From assembly GCA_043228905.1 (NCBI GenBank), contig JBHGNT010000001.1:28210001-28274000 (forward strand): a DNA stretch of 64,000 nucleotides, in the 5' to 3' direction. This DNA is from Azolla caroliniana. Taxonomy: Eukaryota > Plantae > Polypodiophyta. Positions 12,382 through 21,187 of the stretch are shown here, in pieces. The notes beneath the pieces were generated by a model that did no database searches, was not told the DNA's origin, and was given only the letters and a program-made list of their open reading frames with translations. A program made the position numbers and the translations under genes. Within the stretch, counting starts at the first letter, position 1; the number at the start of each line of letters is the position of its first letter.

Positions 12382-13869
12382 CCCTTTGGTGAAGTGTCTC
12401 ACGTAGACACCCTGTGAAGCCAGGAGGAACCGGAGCTATGAGCCCAAAGATCCCGAAGAGCCTCAAGTTGAGCTTGAGGGGGAGTGTTGAGAGACAAGCT
12501 CAACATCGGTCGGATCGGCTGAAGAAGCCGAGGACCGGATCGGTTGGGACCGATTGGTTAGGCCGAATGCGTAAACCGGTACGCAGACCGGTGCGTAGGT
12601 AGGGCCGGATCGGTGCGTAAACCGCGAGGCCGTTAGGAAAGATATTCCGTGAGGAATATATTTGGGAGTTAGTGTAGGAGCTCTTAATGAGCATTGAAGT
12701 ACTGTCAGTACTTCTATCAGTCCTTCTAGGACTTGTATAAAAGTGTTCATTGAACACACATATGTAGAGGATGGTGAAAAGAGATTGAGTACTGTTGTTG
12801 AATATAGTTCTTGTGTTTTCTCTCTCTCTCACTCTCTCTGTCTCTCCCGCATATACTGTGCAAGCTCAAGTTCTCCATTAAACCTGAGTTTTCTTCCTTC
12901 TGTTCGGTCTTCATACTTGCTTTCGCACGCTACTTTTTACAATAGGCAACCTCGTGTATTCAACCCTGGACAGAAGGTATTTTTATGTGTACCTCACAAT
13001 TCTAAGACATTGTCTACGGGTAAGTACGCTAAGTTAGCCCCACGGTTTTGTGGACCTTTTACAGTCCTCAAACGCATTGGGTCATCAGCCTATCGTCTCG
13101 CTCTTCCCGATGGTGTTGGAAATCATCCAGTCTTTCATGTGAGTCGTCTAAAAGAACTTCTAGGTTTTGGCGACAATACAGTTACAACTGAAACTCTGGT
13201 TATTTTTGAAGAATTATCTTCTAAACCACATGTACCAAAAAGAATTCTCGATGTTAAAACAAAAAAATTACGTACTAAAGAAATCCAAGAATTTAAAATA
13301 AAATGGATGGATAAATCAATAAAAGATGCCAATTGGGAACGCGAAAATACTCTCAGAACTAACTTCCCTAACTTTCCATTGCAAGAGTGCAATGTTTTAA
13401 AGAGGGGGAATATGTTACGGGCATGACCATATAATATCCCGTGGTGAGAATTTACCATAGTATTCTATACACGTGGATAAGTGTGAGGGTTAAACGAGAG
13501 TGTAAAGAAGGGGAGGATTACTTTTAAATCCTCGGGATTGAGACAACCCATTAGGCCAAGTGTGAACATGGTTGGGAGCCTTGGGTATCGCTATAAATAG
13601 AGGCCTAGCTACCCTCATTTCATTATCTGGTTGATTACGTCGAGACTCTGTCTTGTGGTGGGTCAACTCTTGTAGCGAGCGCACCAGCACCATGTACGAC
13701 TCGACGCCACAACAATGGTATGGGACGCCGATCGAGGCTCGAGTCCGTCTCGATCCCTTCGCTCGGGGGTGGTCGGGTGGATTGACACCCTTCTTTCTCT
13801 CTCTCCTTTCTTTCTATCTACCTAGATTTATCCTTATCTAATGCTTACTTTAGTACATGTCTCTAAAAG

Positions 13870-14460
13870 CTCCCTCCTCGTTGCTTGTTGTTCACTGCTC
13901 CCTCCTCGTTGCTCGTTGCTCGTTGTCGTTGCTCGTTCCTACTTCCTCGTTTGCTAACAACTGCTTGTTATTCGTTGCTCGTTACTCGTAAACGCTCCTC
14001 ACTACTCACTGTTTATTGCACATTGCCCACTACTCATTGCTTATTAGTAATTACTCACTGAATGTTGCTCTTTCGTCGTTGATTGTCGCTCATCACTCAG
14101 TAATGGCCGCTCGCTGATTGCCGCTAGTCACTCATTGATTCCCGCTCGCTTATTGTCACTCGTCACTCGTCGCTCACTGATTTCCGCTTGTTGATAGTCG
14201 CTCGTTGCTTGTCGTTCACTGATTGCCGCTCGCTGATTGTTGCTCGTCGCTCATTGATTGCCGCTCGCTGATTGTCGCTCGTCGCTCACTGATTGCCGCT
14301 CACCGCTTGCTGATTGTCGCTTGTCGCTAGTCGCTCATCATTCGTTACTCGCCGCTCACCACTTGTTGATTCCCCAAGTTACTTGCCGCACGTTGATCAC
14401 CGCTCATTACTTGCTGCTCACTAGGAGTTGTTCATCGCTCGTCACTCGCTCCTCTCTATT
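13870..14460. repeat. Degenerate minisatellite built from ~7-bp units (CTCGTTG/CTCGTCG/CTCACTG/ATTGCCG)
   Basis: Recurrent CGCTCGCTGATTG(C/T) and CGCTCGT motifs. Confidence 0.75.
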
Positions 14461-16460
14461 GCGGGGTGAGTGCACATTTTTAAGTATTACAGTCTTGTAC
14501 CCTCAATCCATTTTCTCATATAATTATGTGAACTTGCATTACCTTGTTTATTTTTCTTCTAGGTTGTATGTTTTTATTCTAAAATATTCATATTAATAAG
14601 TGTAGGCTTCATGTACGTAGTTTGATGACAATAAGACCATTCATAAAATGTAACAATAATGAAGAGATTCATTTTGCAATACATCACAATGTAGGCTTTC
14701 AATCAAACATTCATGTATGACATTTTCAATTATCAAGTGATTTGATCACTTCTTAAACGTCTCTTGAACATTGTAAGGCAAAGATGTGGGAACATCGCAA
14801 AGTATGTGCATCGGAGAAGAGGGTTGAATCTTCACGCTTCTTTTTAGTGGGTGAACATGAAGTCGTGAAGATGTAAGGAACCTAGGTGTGGAAAGAGATT
14901 TACGCTTCTTCATCATCATCATCATCATCAAGGGGCTACTATGATAAACAAATTAGGCAAATCTAAAATACTATTTACTTATTACAATATAACTAGACAA
15001 ATCAACAAATTTGTGATGAGAATCAACATGTATTTCAAACATATGTAGTGGAGGATAGGTTGAAAATCGGGAGGGAATTATGCACAACAAATTATCTTAG
15101 CACAAAAAAAGCACAAAAAGATTATGAGAATAGACAAGAATAAATCACAAGGAGACATGTATATTTCATTATTACCTTGCATTTGTATTGTCATCTTGTT
15201 TTAATATATACGTCACTTTTATAAAATGAAGTTGAGGGTTGATTTTGGTACCCAGTAGATAATGCTCCAACTTTGAAAAGGATTGTTGAAAGTCTAGTCA
15301 TTTAACACTATTATTTATCTTTCATGGATCATTTAAATGGTGAAAATGTTTTATACTTGTAAATTTACCCCAAGATTCCTTTCCTAACTTGCACACATCT
15401 CTTAACTCCAAAACATGTTGTTTTTTATCATTTGTTTCTTGGTAAACATATTATATTCAATCAATTTTATGTTCTATTACATCATATGAGTTCAAACTCA
15501 AATATTTATGGGTTCATGAAACTCGACGATTATTACCTTACATTTTTATTGTCCTCTTGTTTTAACAATACACTACTTTTTTTCTCTTGATCTTTTCCTT
15601 CAATATTGTTTGCAATATATTTGTTCCCTCAATTTCTTTCACATTTACATACATGGACTTGCATGTGTGCGTAAGCTAATGTGAGTAATCCTCTTTCATA
15701 TTTATTTTTTGATAGATTCGAAGATCTATAGTGGAAACTTGATCCTTGATTGCCTCGTAATCTTCCATATATCTCGGGTATTTTAATTTGCTTATTCTTT
15801 TCAGAAAACATGGATTGTGTATGTATATTTCCCCTTCTTTTAAATGGAATCCATAGATTATGCTAGTCCAATGTACTCTACATTATTGTTAAAGTATGTC
15901 CCACAACAAAAATACGAAAGGCAAAGGAAAGCAAATCAGTCTCTTTACAATGCCTAGTTTTAGGAAAAACTTATCATCTTCCAATGAAGATGTGTCTCTA
16001 GAAGAGCCTATTGTCAGGAATAGTACTAAAACAGAGATGGAATTAGTACTAAGAAGAGTAGTACTATTAGTACTATTAGTACTAAGAGGACGGGACTGCG
16101 TAAGATTCCCGAGAGAGAGGAAGTGAGAAGAGAAGAGAGAGAGAGGAATAGGATGATGACAACAGCTCTTATATTATATGAAAGATAAGTACAAATCGAC
16201 TAAGAGGCTTAAGACTGGTGTTGAACCAATTTGGTTCAACATAATGCTTAGTGCCTTCTTTTATAGTGTTCTCAGGAATAATCCTGAAGCTTCTAGAATG
16301 TTCCAGAGAAATCTGGAATATACATTACTTTCTTATAATAAAACATAAATGAAAATAATATTCTATGAATTACAATAGATGGTGAGATGGTTAAGAGCTC
16401 GACCCATATACCATAAGGTCATGGGTTCGAGTCTTGCCATCTCATGACACTATCTCCCCC

Positions 16461-19400
16461 TTAAAGACGACGAGTGGAACGAGTCAGCGCTACTTGCGGA
16501 CCGGGTTTGTCCGGATACTTTCGGTGGAAATCAGCAAGAAGATCTTGTGCATTGGCAACATTCTCGACGGGTTCCCAAGTACGTTCACTCGGACTATAAC
16601 CGAGCCAATCGACCAAGTAATAGAGTTTGTTGCGAACAAGTTTGGAATCGAGGATGGCAGCAACTTCATACTCCGGGCCGGCGTCCAACTCCAGTGGGGG
16701 CGGCGGTGGTGTCACACGATCGGGAATGGTGTTTGCTTTATAAGGTTCAAGAAGAGAACAATGGAAAACCGGATGTATCTGAAGCTGCGGAGGGAGATCA
16801 AGGCGGAAGGTGACATCATTAATCTTCCCCGTAATACGGAAAGGACCGAGTCGTCGATAATCCAACTTGTCGCACGGTCGAGTAGTCTTGATGTGACGAC
16901 GTAAGAGCCATACTCGATCTCCGATGGCAAAAGAGGAGGGAATCCGATGACGATCCGCATAAGTCTTCTGTGTGTGTTGAGCATGACGAAGGTGAGTAGA
17001 GAGATCCATCTGGATCTTGCGTAGCCTCTCCAAATGATCCTCGGCACGAGGGTTGGTAGGTAGCTCCGGAGTGTCGATCACCGACCAGCGAGGATGGAAA
17101 CCGGTATAAGCGAAAAATGGGGAGACCCGAGTCGAGGAGTGAATAGCATTATTATACGCAAACTCCGCAAAGTGGAGAATCTCGGCCCAATCGTCCTGTT
17201 GATAACTCAGGAAACACCGGAGATATTGCTCCAGCGTTTGGTTTGTTCGTTCCGCCTGTCCGTCGGTTTGAGGATGGTAGCCGGAGGAGAGGTTGCAGGA
17301 GACCTTGAGCATCTTGAAGAGATGCTGCCAAAATTTGGAGACAAATTGCGGGCCTCGGTCACTGATAATACTGTCTGGGAGGCCATGATGCCGAAAAACC
17401 TCACGCATAACAAGAGCGGCGGTTTCCTCGCTAGTGATGGCTTTAGTACATGGCACAAAATGTGCCATCTTCGTATATCGATCGACGACGGTTAGGATAG
17501 CATCGAACCCTTTCGAGACCGGCAGATCTGTGATAAAATCAAGACAAATAGACTGCCATGGCTTACTTGGAATTGGTAAAGGTTCCAACAAGCCATATGG
17601 ATGGTGTCGTGGCATCTTTGCTCGGCAGCAAGCATCACAGGTCCGAACGTAGTCGTCGACAAAACGGCGCATGTGGGGCCACCAAAAAGATCGCTGCACT
17701 AGCTCCAACGTCTTAGTACTACCGAAATGTCCCGCCGTATGGGTGTCGTGACAATGTTGGACAATTTGAAGGCGACAGGAGCAATCGGGGACATATACGC
17801 GCTTTTTAAAGAATAACAAACCATCATGATATTCGAATTGTCGGTAGTCAATACCTGGTTGTTGAGACTGAGAACAGGATGCCCGAGAAGTATCAATGTG
17901 CGCCAGGATGTCTTGAGCAAAACTATCCGTCTTCAAGGTTGCACGTATGTCATCGGTAATCCGTGAATCCATCGGGGTGTGAAAAATCCGCGTCGTGTGC
18001 AATCGTGTTGGTCCCAAGATTACTTGCTTTTGATTATCAAATGTTGCTTCACCAGGACGAGGTGCAAGATATGAACGTCGGGATAGTGCATCTGCTTTTC
18101 CTTGCTGCTTCCCCGGTCGATATGTGATTTTGAAGTCGAAACGCGTGAGGAATTGCGCCCACCGAGCTTGCCGTCGATTTAGTACGCGAGCGTTCTGAAA
18201 ATAAGCAAGATTTTTATGATCGCTGAAGACAATGACCTGATGTGGAGAGCCCTCTAAGAAATGCCGCCATTGTACAAATGAATCCACGATGGCTAATAAC
18301 TCCTTGTCATGTATTTCGTAGTTGATTTCTGCGACATCGAATTTGCGCGAATGAAAAGCCACCGGATGCAACTCTTCTTTATCACCTTGTTGAGAAAGGA
18401 TGCTACCGAGGGCGAAATCTGATGCGTCGGCCTCCATGATGAATGGTTTGCTTGTATCCACATGAGCTAGAATCGGTGCTGATGTAAAGGCTTTCTTAAG
18501 ATGCCGAAAAGCCATATCTGCTTCAATGGACCAAAGAAATGCTTGGCCCTTCTTCGTAAGTTGTGTGAGAGGTAAAATAATCTTCGAGTAATCCTGTATA
18601 AACTTACGGTAGAAGTTAGCAAAACCTAGAAAACATTGTACATCTCGTACCGACCGTGGAATTTGCCACTCTAGTACAGTTTGGATCTTAGCTGGATCCA
18701 TGGCGATGCCCTTTGAGGAGATGACGTAGCCTAGAAATTCCACTTGCTTGCAGTCAAAGCTACATTTTTCTAGCTTGGCATAAAGACCATTCTCGCGGAG
18801 TCGCTTTAGTACTAATAGTACATGAGAGTCGTGCTCTTCCTGGGTCTTCGAATAAATCAACAGATCATCCAGATAAATGATCAAACAGATATCCAAGAGG
18901 TCTCTGAATATATCATTTGCCATGTGTTGGAAGACTGCGGGTGCATTGGTTAGGCCAAACGGCATAACAGTATACTCAAAATGCCCATACCGCGTGCGAA
19001 AAGCGGTCTTCCACTCATCTCCCGGTCGGATCCGCACGAGATTATACGCTCCGCGTAGGTCGATTTTAGTAAAAAACTTGGCACCATTAACTCGCTCTAA
19101 AAGACTTGATATAAGAGGAAGTGCATACCTATTCCGGATGGTGACTTTATTTAATCCGCGGTAATCAACGACAAGACGAAGTGAGCCATCTTTCTTCTTG
19201 ACAAAGAAGATGGGTGCACCGGCCGGAGATTTTGAATGACGGATGAACCCGCTTGCCAAGTTCTCCTCTATGTAGGCTCGAAGGACTTCTAACTCGGTGG
19301 GTGACAGGTTGTAAATTGGTCCCCATGGTGGCTCGGTTCCTGGTTGTAAATCGATGGGACAGTCATAGGGACGGTGATGAGGAAGGGTACCGGCTTTTAC

Positions 19401-20042
19401 CTTGTCAAATACATCGGCATAAGGATGATATTTTGCCGGAAGTTGTACTGAGGAGTCCTTCTTAATAGTGTTGGAAGGATGTACTGATATGGAAAATAGG
19501 AACATTGCCTCCTTGGGTCCTTCTTCGCGTAGTTGATGGAGTGAAATGGTCGAAACTCGGCGAGTTGATTCTTGGGGTGGTCGATATCGGACTTCTCTTG
19601 TTCTCCAATCTATGGCTGGATTATGTAACTCAAGCCAAGGTAATCCTAGGACAATGGGATGCTCTGGACTACTAATTATATTAAATGATATTATACACAC
19701 AAAACTACCTAGGACAACTTGAATGGGTTCTGATTCTTCTACAATATTCCCGGAAGCAATGGGACGACCATCAATGACCACTACAGATGCGGGACAAGGA
19801 AGTTTTCTTAAGGATATCTGAGAAGCTTGGGCAAAATTTCGATCCATGAAACAGGAATTAGCTCCGGAATCTAAAAGTGCTAGGACGGGTACTGGGGGAG
19901 TACTTTTAGTACTAACAATGACTTGGGCTAGGAACACATTGCTAACTTGCTTGGAAGGAATGGAACCACTAATGGGCTGTACAGATCTAGGGCTGCTGTC
20001 CAACCAAATGGCTCCTATTTTGGCTGGACTCAATCGTTTAAC
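16461..20042 (-). CDS. pol: Pol (protease, RT, RNase H, integrase, chromodomain) in the -1 frame relative to gag
   Basis: LLDSGA, YLDD, DASDFALG, HHCC, SDRG, HPQTDGQAE, LGPF and chromodomain EYEVAAILDS..YLVDWLGY..TWEP. No ATG at the junction. Confidence 0.95.
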   Translation of the reverse strand, partial: VKRLSPAKIGAIWLDSSPRSVQPISGSIPSKQVSNVFLAQVIVSTKSTPPVPVLALLDSGANSCFMDRNFAQASQISLRKLPCPASVVVIDGRPIASGNIVEESEPIQVVLGSFVCIISFNIISSPEHPIVLGLPWLELHNPAIDWRTREVRYRPPQESTRRVSTISLHQLREEGPKEAMFLFSISVHPSNTIKKDSSVQLPAKYHPYADVFDKVKAGTLPHHRPYDCPIDLQPGTEPPWGPIYNLSPTELEVLRAYIEENLASGFIRHSKSPAGAPIFFVKKKDGSLRLVVDYRGLNKVTIRNRYALPLISSLLERVNGAKFFTKIDLRGAYNLVRIRPGDEWKTAFRTRYGHFEYTVMPFGLTNAPAVFQHMANDIFRDLLDICLIIYLDDLLIYSKTQEEHDSHVLLVLKRLRENGLYAKLEKCSFDCKQVEFLGYVISSKGIAMDPAKIQTVLEWQIPRSVRDVQCFLGFANFYRKFIQDYSKIILPLTQLTKKGQAFLWSIEADMAFRHLKKAFTSAPILAHVDTSKPFIMEADASDFALGSILSQQGDKEELHPVAFHSRKFDVAEINYEIHDKELLAIVDSFVQWRHFLEGSPHQVIVFSDHKNLAYFQNARVLNRRQARWAQFLTRFDFKITYRPGKQQGKADALSRRSYLAPRPGEATFDNQKQVILGPTRLHTTRIFHTPMDSRITDDIRATLKTDSFAQDILAHIDTSRASCSQSQQPGIDYRQFEYHDGLLFFKKRVYVPDCSCRLQIVQHCHDTHTAGHFGSTKTLELVQRSFWWPHMRRFVDDYVRTCDACCRAKMPRHHPYGLLEPLPIPSKPWQSICLDFITDLPVSKGFDAILTVVDRYTKMAHFVPCTKAITSEETAALVMREVFRHHGLPDSIISDRGPQFVSKFWQHLFKMLKVSCNLSSGYHPQTDGQAERTNQTLEQYLRCFLSYQQDDWAEILHFAEFAYNNAIHSSTRVSPFFAYTGFHPRWSVIDTPELPTNPRAEDHLERLRKIQMDLSTHLRHAQHTQKTYADRHRIPSSFAIGDRVWLLRRHIKTTRPCDKLDYRRLGPFRITGKINDVTFRLDLPPQLQIHPVFHCSLLEPYKANTIPDRVTPPPPPLELDAGPEYEVAAILDSKLVRNKLYYLVDWLGYSPSERTWEPVENVANAQDLLADFHRKYPDKPGPQVALTRSTRRL
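19962..20042 (-). promoter_or_regulatory. Predicted -1 ribosomal frameshift signal (G_UUA_AAC plus H-type pseudoknot)
   Basis: Heptamer 20036-20042, 6-nt spacer, stem GUCCAGCCAAA/UUUGGUUGGAC, and loop GGAGCCA able to pair with downstream UGGUUCC. Confidence 0.8.
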
Positions 20043-21187
20043 TCTTCATCTAATTGACTAAGGATTTCAAATTTATTTGAGATACTTGGGCTATTAGTAC
20101 TATGAATACTATCTGACACTCTATTAGTACTATTACTACTATCAGACACTCCGAAGGGAAGAATTGACTCAGGTTTAGTACAGGCGACAATTTGATTTAC
20201 CTGTCTTCTTGGCCTATGGGGACAATTGATGGCGATATGTCCTGGTCCACCGCAATAAAGGCATAATCGATTGGCACGTCGTCGTTGCTTTTCTTCTTCC
20301 GATAACGGGCCGCGTCGACGCATGGTATCGATCTCCATCGGTGTCGAAGTATTTGCTTGAGGTATGTCTCGTGCAAACGGTTTAGCCGCGACTGCGGCGT
20401 AAGTGGGCTCTGGCCTAGAGCGTGGTATCTGTAATTGACGTTCTGAACGCCGTTCAAAAAGGCGGTTGTCACATCGAACTGCTCGACTGATTGCCTCCGT
20501 AAGAGACTTTGGTTCTTCGGGGAAAGTTAGAAGTAGATCTTTGACATCGTTTCGCAAGCCATAGCGAAACTGCTCCATTAGTGCTTGATCATCCCAGGGT
20601 ATATCTGAAGCAAGTAGGCGGAAATCCGCCGCGTAGGCAGAGGCTGGACGATCGCCTTGACGCAATCGCCGGATCTTGTTGATCGCCGTCCTGATGCTGT
20701 CGGTGTCTCCAAAGCAGGCTTTAAACTCACCAATAAAATCTTCAAAGTTATTAAGCAAGGGCGATTGTTTTTCTAGAAGCGGAGCGAACCATGCCAAGGC
20801 TGAGCCGCTAAGTAGCGTGCCTATTAGGCCGACTCGAGATGCATCAGTGGGATATCGGGAAGGATGCATCTGGATGACTAAGCGTACCTGATTAAGGAAT
20901 CCCCGAAATTGCGAACGCGTTCCATCAAATTTCACAGGAAGTCCAATCTTGGGCTCTTTATGAAATCCTTGGGGACTGGATCCTTGTTGTTGCAACGCTG
21001 CTTCGAGTTGTTGTACCCGTAACGCTAACTCCCCATGTTGTTGTTGCGTTTGTTGTTTTTCTAGAGCGATTTGTTGCAGATCCCCTATCAGCCGTTGGTT
21101 TTCTTGTTCCAAGGCAACAAACTTTTCTTTTAGGCACTGTAGCTCGGAGAAAACGGATTGGTATTCTTGGGCGCTAACAGTAGCCAT
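20030..21187 (-). CDS. gag: Gag (sushi/PEG10-like capsid with CCHC knuckle)
   Basis: N-terminal coiled coil, PVKFDGTRSQFRGF, LRQG..ASAYAADF, CLYCGGPGHIAINC. Confidence 0.93.
   Translation of the reverse strand: MATVSAQEYQSVFSELQCLKEKFVALEQENQRLIGDLQQIALEKQQTQQQHGELALRVQQLEAALQQQGSSPQGFHKEPKIGLPVKFDGTRSQFRGFLNQVRLVIQMHPSRYPTDASRVGLIGTLLSGSALAWFAPLLEKQSPLLNNFEDFIGEFKACFGDTDSIRTAINKIRRLRQGDRPASAYAADFRLLASDIPWDDQALMEQFRYGLRNDVKDLLLTFPEEPKSLTEAISRAVRCDNRLFERRSERQLQIPRSRPEPTYAAVAAKPFARDIPQANTSTPMEIDTMRRRGPLSEEEKQRRRANRLCLYCGGPGHIAINCPHRPRRQVNQIVACTKPESILPFGVSDSSNSTNRVSDSIHSTNSPSISNKFEILSQLDEELND

Larger units (their letters stand above)
10711..12941 (+). mobile_element. Gag-only non-autonomous copia derivative (TR-GAG-like), related to the copia at 3429-9035
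   Basis: LTRs 10711-11165 and 12485-12941, TSD ATAGG on both sides, PBS TGGTATCAGAGCGCG at 11166, PPT before 12485, no pol sequence. Confidence 0.93.
9036..13857 (+). mobile_element. Decayed chromovirus (Ty3/gypsy) 3' half: RT end, RNase H, integrase, chromodomain, PPT, 3' LTR; host of the copia insertions
   Basis: DASDYAIGAVL, WESISMDF, SDRDPKF, HPQSDGQ, FCGPF and chromodomain-like PKRILDVK..FKIKW..ANWE, with several stops. PPT AAGAGGGGGAATA precedes an LTR starting TGTTAC at 13413, with TATAAAT near 13592. The LTR right end is uncertain. Confidence 0.82.

Noticed and set aside
16373-16445. Functional tRNA gene
   Set aside because: No complete cloverleaf with a proper acceptor and anticodon arm; kept only as a tRNA-like motif.
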